Source: Naegleria gruberi
Lineage: Eukaryota
DNA length: 64,000 nt
NCBI GenBank assembly: GCA_000004985.1
Contig: GG738877.1
Direction: 5' to 3' (one strand)
Below, piece by piece: positions 22,707-37,243 of the stretch. The notes under the pieces are model-generated. The model made no database searches and was not told the DNA's origin. It saw only the letters and a program-made list of their open reading frames with translations. A program made the position numbers and the translations under genes. The number at the start of each line of letters is the position of its first letter. Positions within the stretch are counted from its first letter, which is position 1.

Positions 22707-24084
22707 TTACTCATGTTTTGTCTTCTTTTGTCGTGGTGCCAAATCAACTTCATCATCTTCGGCAGGTATTGAGGCAATTTGTTCAGGAGTGAGTTCTTTA
22801 GATAAATCTTCATTGTCATTGAAATGGAGAGCCTTGTGTAAATCGTCGAAGCCTTTACATTTGGCAAGTCGTTCGTATAATTTGGTTTTGGCATGAGTTT
22901 CAAACATTCTCTTCAGAATATATTTGGAAAGCCCAGAGTGATAATTATACTTGATCAATTCGTCCAAAAGTTCTTTTGCAACAACCAATTTATCCAATAA
23001 AACTTTTTCCTTTCTGAAAATACTCAAATTCCACATAGCTCCTCTTGCTGTTCAATTAAGTGAAAATTTTTGAATTAATTATTTAAATGAAACGCAGACA
23101 CTTACCAATCATGACAGAGGAACACCCTGTTAAATCCTTAATTCGGTCAATATCTTCTGGTTTAAAAACATCACCATTGGCAATGATTGGAACTTTGGTA
23201 ATCTTTGAAACTGGATCTACTAAATGGGAATGGGCTTTTTCTCTTGGTCTTTGTGGAATATATCTGGCATGAACACAAATGGCTGTGACACCAGTAGCTT
23301 GTAATTTTTCGTATAATTCTATAGTATTTTCGGTTGTATCTAAGAGTCTGATTTTGCATGTCACAGGTTTTCCGTGCTTTTCTTGAATTCCCTTTACAAG
23401 AGCTCTCAAAATTGCAAATGCATTTTCTTGATTTTCTGGTCGTAACAATGCAGAACCCATTCCTCCTTTAACTGAAAATTTCTTTGGACATCCCATATTT
23501 ACATCAATAGCATCATAACCATCTATCATCAATTCAGCAACTTGTAAAGCAAGCTCTGGAGATGAAGTACCAAGTTGAAGGACTGTTGGCACTTTTTGTG
23601 ACGCAGTCGGAGAGTCACTTTCTTTATCTACAACTTCCACTTGATAAACAATATTTCCATCATGACCAATGTAATCTATGGTTTTCAATTTTTCATTATA
23701 TACAGGTTTACATTTAATAAGTTTCTTATCCACTAATTCCTCAGAGTAGACAATATCTGCACCAAAACGAGCAGCAAGTCTACGGAATGGAAGACCATTC
23801 ACTCTTACCATAGGTGCTAGAATTACTTTGTTTGTGTAATCGATAGGAATGACTGGTCTTTTCGGAATGTTACTATTTGTTGTGGTTGTTGCCTCTGTTG
23901 CAACAGATGATGCTTGTTGTTCCGATAACATGATGTTATTATTATTCAAAGTAGTGGTCACTGAAAACTTTCTTCCAACAGAATCAACAGAATGAAGATT
24001 AAAAGGAAGAGCAGCAAAACCCAACTTGTTATTGGTGGTGAGAATTTTTTTAGGGTGGAAGTGCTTGGAGAGGATGCTCTTCAT
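22707..24084 (-). CDS. DUS2: tRNA-dihydrouridine synthase 2 (DUS2). Two exons: 24084..23106, 23047..22707.
   Basis: [40 protein letters not shown] aligns with human [60 protein letters not shown] and PVTCKIRLL are present. SSVMI|ARGAMWNLSIF spans a 58-nt intron (gtaagt...aacag) and matches human SSVMVARAAMWNPSIF. Confidence 0.9.
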
Positions 24085-24349
24085 TTTTTGGATTGCACTT
24101 CAAGTTTTTCATGGTAACACAAAAACCTTCATCTGTTTAATTCAGTATTGAATAATAATGTTCGATATTTTCAACATTGGAAGGTGCAACACACAAGTGA
24201 ACAGTTCAAACTTGTTATGATTATTGTTGAATAGAATGGACGACGCACTGAAGGGAGTGAATTAAAGTACTGACATACAACCACCTATATCAACTTACAA
24301 ACTACAATTAGGCGGGAAGCCGGGAAGGAAAAAACAACAAACAAAAAAA

Positions 24350-27300
24350 ATGCCTCTCAGTTTTAATGATCCTCGAGTTGAAGTCATCAAAGACTGGATT
24401 AAGCTCGCGTTCTCATCCACACTCTCTCAAATAAAGAACACAATAGACGTGCTTCATATGGATGATTGCGTTTCGAACTTTCTTGATGGAAATGAAACGT
24501 TTTTAGAAATTTGTCTTTTAGAAAATAATAAGGTTTGTATAGTACAATAGTTATTTTGTAGTGAGATGATACTAATGTTGTATAGTTGAAAATTTCTAAT
24601 GCAGCAACTGGAGTACAATACATCAATGAAATTCACTTCATCAAGAGAAATGAATATCCGATTCAATCAGTTGAGGAAATGAAGATGGATAGCAAGGAAA
24701 ATACAATTAAAGTAGGATCACTTACAAATAATGATTTATCTGCAGGAGTAGACCTTCTTAAAATGTTGCAAAAAGTTTATGGTCCACTTCTCTCAGGAAA
24801 TTCAAAAATTAGTAACCCAACAATTCAAAATTTAATGAACCAATTAGAAATGGGACTTCAATCACTTGTACAGAAACAAACTAATGAGAGGATTAAAGAA
24901 TCAGAAGATTCTGAACAATATTTTTTCCTTACACCTCAAGAAGAATTTCAATACTGGAGCGACACTAGTTCAAGAAGTGAACAGGCCCAACAAATTCATG
25001 ATATTCTAGACCAAAAGAACCTTCTATCAGATTTTTCAAGTCTTCATCAAAAAAATTTAGATGATTTGATTGGAGAGTATGGTTTAATTGACAAGGTAAA
25101 GGATGCTGTGGATTCGATATGGGTAGAGGTTTTGGATCCTAAACCATATCCTGAAGGCAGAATGAAACGTTTGTTGGATGTAATTGGAGGTTCTATCGGA
25201 AGGTTTATTCAAATGAAAATCGGTCAAGTTGATATTTGGCGAGATGATTACCTTTCCATAAAGAAAAAGTTGGACTCTGGTATTGAAATTTGTTATCACT
25301 GGTTAAAAACAGTAGAGGAATTAATTACAATATGGCAAAACGAAGGAAGTCATAGATGGAAATCAGGAAATACAAAAGATATATTTATTCAACAATTACT
25401 ACAAAGATTAGAAGAAATTGAACGTATTAGAAGTAGCTACGAACAATTAGCAAATAATTTATCAGCAGAAGAATGTGCTAGAATTGATTGTTTCTCTCCA
25501 TTTTCAGGTTTAAATCCAGTTTTTATTACTCCATATTCTGAACAATCTTGGAAATCTGGTGTTGTTAGATTTGAAGAAATAATTGAACCTCTTGAAAAGA
25601 GAATTTCCGAAAAGTTAAGAACCAGACTTTCAGCTCTTTCATCAAAACCATTACTATTGTTATTGGAATTTGATAAGAATAGAGATTTAATTAGAAGAGA
25701 CAATGTTAAGAAAGAATTAACTCAAGAAAGAGCTACATTACTAGGACAACTCAGAGCTCACGTACAAACACTCAAAGCAGATTTGGATAACCAAAAATAT
25801 GAAAGTGGAACAAACTCTGATATTGTTAGAAGGATTGTTTCTGTAAAACAAATTGAAGAAAAAATCAAATCTACAATCATTACTGCAGCAACATTTTTGG
25901 ATGATTTACCTGAATCCACAAAATTACAAGAAATTTGTAATTCCATCCAAAATGAAGTTGAAACTTTTATTAATTCAGAAAAGTCTAAATGGGAAAAAGA
26001 AGTTGAAAGAGCAAAGGATGATCTTTCACTGAATGGATCAATGATTAGCCTAGATAGAAATAAGAAAATGGTTGTAAATTATAACGAACGTCTTATTTCA
26101 CTATTAAGAGAAGTAAGACAATTATCAGTTCTGGGATTCCAGTTATCTTCAAGTGTATTGAAGTTAGCAGAGGAAGCAAAGGACTTTTATACTCAAGCAA
26201 TTGCTTTAAAACAAATCGCCAATTTTTATAACAATGTCCATACACAAGTTATTAAGAGTCAATCTTCAATGCTTATTGATGCTGCCTCAAATTTTGAAAG
26301 AGTTATTTTTGAATTCCAAAAAGAGGATAAATCATGGAGCAAGGCTAATGGTGAAAAATATATTGCAAAATTGAAGAGTGCTGCAGAACAATTCACTACA
26401 GAAAATAGAAAATTGAGAAAGTATCACATTCTTATTGGTGATAAAGTTGCTCAATTGATGAATATTGATTTATTAAGAGAAAAAGAATCTTGGGTTGGAA
26501 AAGTTAATGAAATTACCAAAATATTTTCATTTTTGAGAACCCAAAACTATACCAATATGGACAGCTGGAAAGTTCACTGGGATTATAATATATACAAATC
26601 TCTAGATTACCAATATAAAGTTGGTCTTGAAACCTTGAATGAACAATTGCCAGAAATCAAATGCGAGTTAGTTTTCAAGGATAAGAGAGTTCAATTTTCT
26701 CCTGCTTTTGAAAAAATCAAACAAACATACTACGAGAAAATGAGAGATTTTATTGCCTTCCCAGTAATATTTAGAGGCCTAAGCGAGATTGATATTTTCA
26801 AAAATATCACCTATACTAACAATGAAGGAATCAAAACAGTTTACCATAAGGCAACAATTTTATTCACTAGGTTGGCAAAGGTAAAGAAACGTTTTGCTGA
26901 CTATGTTATTTTGGGAATGGTAGATAACGAACTTGAAGAAATTGTTTCACAAACTTTGAATGATACCAATCAATGGGAAGCAAACTTTAGAATGATAAAG
27001 GAAAAGGGTAAGGAAATTGAAAGACTTGAAAATGTTATCAAGATTGATTGTATTTCTGTATCAACAGATACTATCAAAGATACCATTCAAGATCAATTAC
27101 AAAAACTAGGTGATTTACTTGTAAAGACTTTGAGAGCTAAAACTCAAAAACATCTTGATGTTATTGAGCAGTTTATTGTTCAATCATTGGCAAGCTTGTT
27201 GAAGGATCCTCAAAGTATGGATGAAATAGGTAAATCACATGCATACTGTAGAAAACTAAGTGAGGAAAAGTCTGTTTTCTATGCAGAGTTTGATAACTTT

Positions 27301-30300
27301 GAAAAGAAGAATAGATTATTGAGAAGTGTTGCTGGTGTTGCAATTGATGGTTCCTCTATTAAAGAAAAATGGAATGATTTCGATGATACATTACAGGCAC
27401 ACGAACTCTACTTGAAAGATAAGACCAATAACCTTCAAAAGGAAGTGGAGGCAAAACTTATCAATTTCAAGGGAGAACTGGCCAAGTTTGCAAGCAAATG
27501 GCACGAGTTGAAACCTAAGGATAATAGCTTTGTTGATGCTGAAAGTTCAAAGAAGCAAATTGCCTTCATTAAAGAAAAGAGAGAATCATTCCAAGAATTA
27601 CGAAAGAGAGGTGATGAAATCTTAACAGAATGTTCATACTTTGGTGTAATTACACAACCACCAAAGGAATTGACAGAAATTGATGAAGATATTGGTAGAT
27701 ATGAAAAGATTTGGGGTATTTATGAAAAATTCCTAAATGACTTGGAAAAGTTGACATCACAAGAATGGCTTGTTTTCAAAAAGCAAATATTTTCATTCGA
27801 AGATTTTGTTATGGAATGGATTTCTGAATTGAAGGAAAAGGACAAGAATAGTATTACTTTATACATTAGAGAGGAGATTGAAAAGTACAACCAATTCAAG
27901 GATTACTTAAAGTTCATTACTGGTGATGGTTGGCAAGCTGAACATTGGGATAGCTTCTTCAGATTGATTGGTTTAGAAAAAGTTACAGTAGAAGATTTAA
28001 AGTTTGGTCATTTACTACCAAGATCTGCAATTATTATTGAGAAAATTAATAGTATCAAGGAATTGAGTTCTAGAGCTACAGGTGAACAACAAATCAGAGA
28101 CGCCCTCAATGAACTCAAAGCGTGGGGTCTTTCTACAGAGTTTTCTACTTTCGAATACAAGGGTAACAACAAAGTACTTCAACTCATTAAGGAGTGGAAG
28201 GATCTTTTGACTCAAATTGGTGATAACCAATCACTTGCTCAATCTATCAAGGATTCACAATGGGCAGAACCATTCATTGAAGAAATTAAGTCATGGGAAC
28301 TCAAGCTTACCAATTTGGCTGAATATTTGGATTATTTAATGGCCATCCAAAGAAAGTGGTTATATCTAGAACCTATTTTCTCTAGAGGTTCACTTCCTTC
28401 GGAACAACAAAGATTCAATCGTTTAGATAAGGACTTTATTGATATTATTACCAATATCAATGATAAAGGAGGTATTGGTAAACGTGTAGTTATGTTGGAT
28501 AGAATTATTGGCTTGAAAGATAGATTGAAGGGTATTTCTGATGGACTTGATGTTTGTCAAAAGGCTCTTAACAAGTTCTTGGAAGAAAAGAGAAGCGCAT
28601 ATCCAAGATTCTATTTTATTGGTGATTCTGATTTGTTAGAAATTCTTGGTCAATCACAAAACCCAACAGTTATCCAAACTCACCTTAAGAAATTGTATGC
28701 AGGTATTTACAAAGTCCAATTCAATAAGGAACAAGATACAATTATTGCCATGTGCAGCAGTAAGGGTGAAGTTGTACAACTTAAACAACCTGTGAAGATA
28801 ACTGACAAGGTAGAGCAATGGTTAGCCAACCTAGATCAACAAATGATCTTAACCTTACAACAACTTTTATTAGAATGTGATAAGTCAAAGGAATTCGATA
28901 TGGATGCTTTCCCATCCCAAATTCTTTGCTTGCAAGAAAGTGTGAGCTTTACAAGAAAATGTGAACTTGCTATTCAAAACAATGCTTTACCACAACTTTT
29001 GAACAGTGTCAAGTCTCAATTAAGTCAATTTACATCCATCAATGCTAAAGATGACGAAGTTGTTTCTATGAAAGTTAAAGCGCTTATTCTTGATATTATC
29101 CACAATATTGATGTTGTTCAATGTCTTATTGATGGAAACGTTTCTTCTATTCAACATTGGTTATGGCAAAAGCAACTTAGATTTTATATTGAAAATGGTA
29201 AATGTGTAATCAAGATGAGTAATGCCAAGTTTGATTATACTTATGAATATCAAGGAAATGTTTCTAAACTTGTACACACACCATTAACAGATAAGTGTTA
29301 TTTGACTTTAACACAAGGTATGCTTTTAGGTTATGGTGGTAATCCTTATGGACCTGCTGGTACAGGTAAAACTGAAAGTGTTAAAGCGCTTGGACATCTT
29401 TTTGGTAGACAAGTATTGGTTTTCAACTGTGATGAAGGTATTGACTTTAACAGTATGGGTAGAATTTTCATAGGTCTTGTAAAGTGTGGTGCTTGGGGTT
29501 GTTTTGACGAATTCAACAGATTGAAACCAGATCAATTGTCAGCTATTTCACAACAAATTCAAACTATCCAAGTTGCCATTAAAGAAAAATCAGCAAACCC
29601 AATAGAAATTCTTGGAAGCAAAGTTAAAGTAGATTTGAATGCTGGTATTTTCGTTACCCTCAACCCTGCAGGTAAGGGTTATGGTGGTAGATCTCAACTT
29701 CCAGACAACTTGAAACAATTGTTCAGAGCTGTAGCAATGGCTGCTCCAGATAATGAATTGATTGCTGAGGTAATCTTGCTTTCAGAAGGTTTTGAACATG
29801 CCAAGTTTTTGGGTAAAAAGATTGTCAGTGTATTCCAACTTAGCAAACAATTATTGAGTTCACAACAACACTACGATTGGGGCTTGCGTTCTCTCAAGAC
29901 AATTCTTAACATTGGTGGATCTCAAATTAGACAATCTAAAAAACATGGAGCTTCCCTTTCCAAGGAAGCAGAAGCTCAAATCGTTATTAAGGCTCTTCGT
30001 GTTAACACTCTATCAAAACTCACTCATAAGGATGCTGTTCTATTCAATGGAATTATCAAGGATGTATTCCCTGGTATTGATGCTCCTGATATTTCTTACA
30101 TTGAATTGGAAAGAGCTATCAAGGAAGTAATGACAGAGTTGGGATTGATACCGATTCCAAATATGATCAAGAAAATTGTTCAATTCTATGAAGCATGCAA
30201 ACAAAGAATGGGTGTAGTACTTGTTGGTCCTAGTGGTTCTGGTAAGACAACTATCTGGCATGTTCTTTCAGAAGCCCTTAAGAAAATTAATCAAAAGCTC

Positions 30301-33300
30301 AAGAGTTATGTTGTAAATCCAAAGGCAATGCCAAGACACCAACTTTTGGGTCACATGGACATGGATACTAGAGAATGGTTTGAAGGCATTATTACAGCTA
30401 ACTCTCGTATTATTTTGAAGGAAGAGCCAGATGTCATGTCTTGGATGGTTTGTGATGGTGATATTGATCCAGAATGGGTTGAATCATTGAATTCTGTTCT
30501 TGATGATAACCACTTGCTTACAATGCCAACAGGTGAAAGAATTCAATTCGGTTCAAATGTTAACTTTATTTTCGAAACTCACAGCCTCAAGTTTGCTTCT
30601 CCAGCTACTGTCAGTAGAATGGGTGTTATCTTCTTGTCAGATAATGATGTTGATGTAAAGAGCTTTGTACATGCATGGATGAATAGACATGAAGATTTAA
30701 CTGATAATTTAAAGTCACTGGTTGACAACTATTTCTACCAAGCTTTAGATGCTGTTCTCGCTGTTGATCAAAGTGAGTTTGTTATTGAGTCTACTAGTAT
30801 GGGTATTATAATGAATGGTTTATCACATATAACTCCTGATATTTCTACAAAGGGAGAATTTGCTAATTCATTGGTTAAAGGTTTGGGATCATCCTTAAAT
30901 ATCAAGGCAAGAGAAAAGCTTGCAAAGGATATCTATACACTTTGTTCTGAAAGTTCACTCGATTTGAGAAGACCTCTTGATTATTACTACTCTAAACATG
31001 ATTCCTGTTATACCCAATACTCTTTCACTGATTCTGAAGAAATTACATATGAAAGTCTCCAAAATAGTCCTATGATTAGAACTGTAGATATTCAAAGAAC
31101 AACAGATATTATTTATCCTTGGTTACACAATATGGAACCTTTCATTCTTGCTGGTCCTGAAGGTGCAGGTAAAGGTATGCTCTTGGAAAATCTTTTCCTC
31201 GACTTGCACTCTGTTCAAATTGCCAGAATCCACTGTAATTCTCAAACTAATGAGAGCCATGTTATTCAAAAATTGAATCAAACTTGTGCTGTATTCACTA
31301 CAAACACTGGTCGTGTTCTTAGACCAAGAGAAGGAGAAAGACTCATTTTGTTCTTGAAGGATATTAACTTGCCTTGTCCAGATAAGTATGGTACAACCCA
31401 ATTAATTTCCTTCCTACAACAACTTATCACATACAATGGCTATTATGATGATGAACTAAAGTGGGTAGGTTTAGAAAGAATTCAAATTGTTTGCTCTATG
31501 AATCCTGCCACAACTGTTGGTAGATATGAGCTTACAACCAGATTTACATCTATTGTAAGAATTGCTTACATGTCATACACAGACAAGCAACAATTGAAAC
31601 AAATCGTATTTACTTATCTCAAATGTGCTCTATCTAAAGAATTTTCAGGACACGCTGTTTGGAAGCAAACACAAAATATTGATTTGTTGACTGAAGTTAT
31701 GATTGATTTGTATGATAGTGTTTCTAAGAAGTTTACTGTAGATGAATATGCTCATTACCAATTCACTCCAAGAGATCTCACTAGATGGATTCTTGGTTTA
31801 TTGAGCTTTACTATTCCTGCTTCTAGTAATAGATGCACAGAACTTCTAGATGCTTGGACTTATGAAGCAAGAAGAATCTTTAGAGATAAACTTGTAAAGG
31901 ATATTACAGCCTTTGATAATATGGAAGCTGCTATTCATATGAAGTTAGAATCTATTGGATACTCACCTAAGATGCTTGGTAAAATTCTCTTCACTACTTT
32001 GGCATCCAGTGACAAGAAGCGTATGCTTTGTCCTGCCAAGACACTTGAATTTGGTAACTATTTGGGCTACTCTGGAACTGCTAAGAGAAGTAATCTTAAA
32101 AAGACTGCTCTACAAAGCTTTGAAAGAGAAAACAGACCATTGCGTTTGTTCTTTATTCCTGAAATTGTTGAATATGTAGCCATGATAGATAGAGTTCTCT
32201 GTAAAGATGGAAATTCTTTACTACTCGTAACCAAACAAGGCATTGGTAGTAGTGATATGGTTGCCCTCGTTTGTCACCTTCTCAAGTTTGAGCTATTCAT
32301 TCCAAAGATGGTTGTTGGCTACTCTAGCAAGCATTTCAAGAATGATGTTAAAGCTGTTATTCAAAAAGCTGCACAAAACGAAAAAGTTTGTCTTATCCTT
32401 GAAGACCACCACATGACTGACGTTTCACTTTTGGAATATGTTAATAGTCTTCTCAGTTCTGGTGAAATTCCAGGTCTCTTTACCAAGGAAGAATTAGAAA
32501 TGATTCTCTCTTCTATCAAAGATGAAAGTTCAAGAGAAGGAAATCAAAGTATGAGTCCTAATGCTATCTTCATCAAACGTGTAGTTAACAACATGAGAAT
32601 AGTTTTATTGATGGATCCTGATAATAGTAACTTTGATATGAAATGTAGATCAAATCCTGCCATCTTTACAAAATGTTCAATCATTTGGAAGGATAATTGG
32701 TCCGCAGAAGGAATTCAACAAATTCCAAAGATGATTATAGATGAAAATGACTTGAAGACCCTATCTCTTAAACCAGATGAATTCATGCAATTGTTCGTTA
32801 ATATTCACGATACTTGTACTGAAAGAAAAGCAACCCCTCTCCATTTTATTAACTTTATTGATACATTCAATAAGACTTTACAAAAGAAGAGATCTGTTAA
32901 GCAAGAACAACAAGAGCACTTGAACAAGGGTTTATCAAAGTTGAAGGAAGCATCTAAGAGTGTTGATGAATTGTCTAAGAAAGCTGAAGTACAAAAAATA
33001 CAACTCAATGAAAAGCAAGAACAAAAGAAGATTGCCCTTACAGAAATTCAAAAGAGTATGCAAGAATCAGTCAAGGAACAAAATGATATTGAAAAGCTAA
33101 AGGAGCAAGTCAAGGTAGAAGATGTCAAGCTCAACGAAAAGAAGAGTTTCATCAATGGAAAACTTTCAAGTATTGAACCTCTTTTGGAGAGTGCCAAACA
33201 AGCTGTCGGTGCATTAACACCAAAAGAAATATCTGAAATTAAGAGTTTACAACAACCTCCAATTATTATCAGACAAATTTTGGAAGGTGTAGTTAGATTG

Positions 33301-36300
33301 ATGGGACAAAAGGATTGGAATTCTTGGAAGGGTATCCAAAACTTCTTGAATCGTATGGGTGTTAAGGATCAAATTATGAACTTTGATGCATCAACTGTAG
33401 ATAAAAAGGTACTTGATGATATCAAGAAATATCTTGCCGGTGAAGGTGCAGAATCATTCCAACCTGAAGTTGCTGCCAGAAGTAGCAAGTCAGCTTTACC
33501 TCTCGCAAAATGGGTTACTGCCAACGTTGAATATGCTGAAGTCCTCCAACAAGTTGGTCCACTTAAAAGAGAAATGGAAATTTTACTTAAATCTCAAGAA
33601 GTATTGAACAATCAATTGGCTCAATGCGAGAGTAAACTTAATACCCTCAATGAGAAGGTCAAATCTTTGCAAGATGAATACGAACAAAAGACACAAGAAG
33701 CTGAATCCCTCAAGTTTGGACTCCAACAAGCCGAAAAGACACTTTCATCAGCTAAGAGTTTGATTGGAAAACTTGGAGGTGAAAAAGAAAGATGGGAACA
33801 ACAACTTGATGCATTGGCAAAAGAAATGAAAGATATGCCATACCAAGCATTATTAGCTTCATCATTTATGACTTACCTTCCTGATGCCCCAGAAAATGTT
33901 AGAAAGGAATATATTGAAAAATGGAAGATTATTGCTAATATGAAGTCATTTGACTTCCGTTCATTCATGAGTACTGAAAGTGAAATGCTCCAATACAAAG
34001 GTGAAGGACTTCCTGGTGATGAACTTTCAACAGAAAATGCTATTGTTATTTTAGAAAGTATTAAGCATCCACTTATCATTGATCCATCCAGAAGAGCTGT
34101 TGAATGGTTAAAGACTCACTTGATGAATAAGAGCGTAGAATGTACAACTTCCCATGATACCAAGTTTAGTACAACTTTAGAATTGGCAGTGAGATTTGGT
34201 AAGACATTAATTGTTGAAGAAGTTGATCAAGTCGATCCAATCCTCTATCCACTTTTGAGAAATGAAATTATTGTACAAGGTACTAGAAAATCCGTAGTGG
34301 TAGGAGAAAAGACTGTTGATTACAGCGAAGATTTCAAGATTTATCTTGTAACAAGAAATCCAAATATTTCCCTTACACCTGATGCTTCTCCTCTTGTTAC
34401 TGTTGTCAACTTTACTGTAACAAAATCTGGTCTAGAAGGACAATTATTGAGTCAAACCTTACAACATGAAAACCCAGAAATCGAACAAAAGAAGAGTATG
34501 TTGTTGAAGAAGGAAGAAGAAAACAAGATTCAACTTAGTGATTTAGAAAAGCAACTCTTGAATGAATTAGCATCATCCAAAGGAAATCTACTTGAGAATG
34601 AATCTCTTATCACTAAATTGGCTGAAATTAAGAAGAAGAGTCAATCTATTGTTAGCAGTTTAGAAGAATCTAGTAAGACTATGAAGGAATTAGAAACAAA
34701 GAGAGATCAATATCGTCCATTTGCTGAAATGGGTAGCAACCTTTTCTTTATCATTTCTGATATGAAGAACATTAATAGAATGTACCAATTCAGTCTCTCT
34801 TCATTCATCAAGCTTTTCGATCAAGCTTTAACTTCAAGATTAGACAAGGCATCTGATGTTAATTTGAGAATTACCCTATTGAAACAAGAATTGAGTAAGA
34901 TTGCCTTTACCTACATTACTAGATCTTTATTCAAGGAGGATAGACTTTTATTTGGTATGCATATGGTTCGTGGTCTATTCCCATCAATGTTCAATCAACA
35001 ACAATGGAACTTCTTTATTGGTAATGTTTTGAAAGAAGCACCTACAGGAACACAAACTCCAAATTGGATTCCTCAAGATAGAGTCAAGACATTCCAACTT
35101 CTTTCAGCATGCCTTCCTGAAACCGTTAGCAAGCTTCAATTTGGTAACAGTGAGAAGTGGAAACATTGGTTAACTTCAAAGGAAGATGCTGTTTCATCAT
35201 TCCCAGTACCTGATAATTCCATCAGCTATGCTGAAAAGGTTCTTGTTATCAAAACTTTGAAACCTGATCAATTGTTTGTTGTTATCACAGATTTGGTCAC
35301 AAAGACTTTGGATATCAAGTCATTGTCAACCTCATTAAAACTTGCCAATATCCACAAGCAAGAAAGTAATTGTGCCGAACCTATTTTACTTATTACTACT
35401 GCTGGTGCTGATCCTTCACAAGAATTGAGACAAATGGCTCTTGATGTTGCTGGGGAAGCCAACTTTATTGAATTGGCTATGGGTCAAGGTCAAACAGAAG
35501 AGGCTATCCAACTCCTTAGAAAATGTACAAGAGAAGGAAAATGGTTGTTCTTGAAGAATCTTCACTTGGTAGTTTCTTGGCTTCCAACTTTGGAGAAAGA
35601 AATTGCTGTCCTTTCTGATGTAAATGAAGGATTTAGATTATGGTTGACCACCGAGACACATGATGAATTCCCAATCATTTTACTCCAACAAAGCTTGAAA
35701 TTAACATTTGAATCTCCTCCAGGAATCAAGCAAAATATGCTCAGAACCTTTGAATCACAAAATGTTACTGAATTCAAGGCATACGGAAAGAATCGTATGA
35801 GATTGTCTCTCCTTTTGGCTTGGTTCCACTCTGTTGTACAAGAGAGAAGAACATATATCCCTCAAGGTTGGTCTAAATTCTACGAATTCTCTTCTTCAGA
35901 TTTCAGAGCTGCCTCAGACATTATTGGAGCTGCAATTGAGAACGAAAATCCAGAATGGAATACTATTCTTGGACTTTTAGAAAATGCCATTTATGGTGGT
36001 AGAATTGATAATAAGTACGATGCCAAGATCTTGAGAGCTTACCTCACCAAGTACTTTAATCCAAATGTTCTTAATAATAAGGAATCTCTTTACACAAAGG
36101 GTTTATTCCTTCCTGATAATAATTCATATGAAGAATATATGAGATTTATTGAAAGATTACCAGATATTGATCAACCTGTTGTATTTGGTCTTCCACCTAA
36201 TGCTGATAGAGTTGTTCAAGTTTACAGAGGTAACAAATTAATAGAAAAACTCAAACATATTCATTCTATGAACCAATCACATCACTCCTTCAATAAGGAA

Positions 36301-37155
36301 GAATGGACTTCAAAATTAGTACCTATTGTACAATTGTGGAATGGACTGGTAAACCCTAACAGATCCGTATTACTTCAAACTAAGAGAAATAATGAAGTGA
36401 TTAATGATCCAGTTGACTCATTTATTACTTTAGAAATGGATAATTCTCTTGATTTGATCAAATTTATTGATTCTGAAGTTCAAAAGATTAGTGAAGTAAT
36501 CAAGGGAGTTTCCTTGATTGATGCTATTATCCATTCCAATGGTCTTTCTCTCATGGGTGGTTCAATTCCTGAAAGATGGCAACTTAAATGGGAAAATGGT
36601 CCTGGTGACAATATTACTGTTTGGTTGAACGAAATTGTCTCAAAGACCCTCAAGTTGCATGAATGTTGTACACTCGTTTCCCAAGGTAAACTATTCTCCA
36701 AGCCTCTCGAGTTGAATACACTATTCAATCCTCACATCTTCTTCAATGCTCTCAAACAACAAACAGCTAGAAAATCTGGACTTCAACTTGATGACTTAAC
36801 TGTATTGACTGCCTCTTGGGGTAATAAGAATATTTCTGGTGTTTCACTCAAAGTTGCTATCAAGGGTATTGGTATTCAAGGTAGTGAATTTGATGGTACA
36901 CTTACCAGCATTTCATCTGATTCATCACCAGCACTTATTGAATTACCACCATGTGAAGTTTACTGGCTCACAGAAAAACAAGTGGAAGATTTGAAGCAAA
37001 AGAAAGAATTCCCACAAGTTACTCTGCCACTTCCAATCTATTATTCTACCAACAGAGAATTCACAGTTGCTGAATTAACTATGCCATGTAATTCTATTGT
37101 AGATGTTGACAAGTTTATTTTAACTGGTACAGCACTCTTTGTTGATACCCAATAA
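24350..37155 (+). CDS. DYNC2H1: Cytoplasmic dynein 2 heavy chain, the IFT retrograde motor (DYNC2H1), about 4250 aa. Two exons: 24350..24532 and 24586..37155, so 12.6 kb of effectively uninterrupted coding.
   Basis: The AAA1 P-loop region GPAGTGKTESVKALGHLFGRQVLVFNCDEGIDFNSMGRIFIGLVKCGAWGCFDEFNRL matches the dynein-2 signature QVLVFNCDEGID...VKCGAWGCFDEFNRL rather than the dynein-1 form. The N-terminus (SNFLDGNETFLEI; YPEGRMKRLLDVIGGSIGRFIQMKIG; LTPQEEFQYWSD) aligns with human DYNC2H1. AAA3 has GPSGSGKTT and AAA4 has GPEGAGKGM. The stalk and C-terminal domain are present. The 53-nt intron has a gtttgt donor and a tatag acceptor. Confidence 0.9.
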
Positions 37156-37243
37156 GATTTTGTGTAAATAATAAAAAACAACATTAAATTATTTTAAATT
37201 CTTCAACTTCACCAAACCATTTCATCAAAATAATTGAAAAAAA

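Noticed and set aside
25084-36728. About 15 short antisense or alternative-frame ORFs inside the dynein-2 heavy-chain gene
   Set aside because: All are embedded in a continuous 4190-codon frame with end-to-end dynein homology. Chance ORFs are expected in AT-rich coding DNA.
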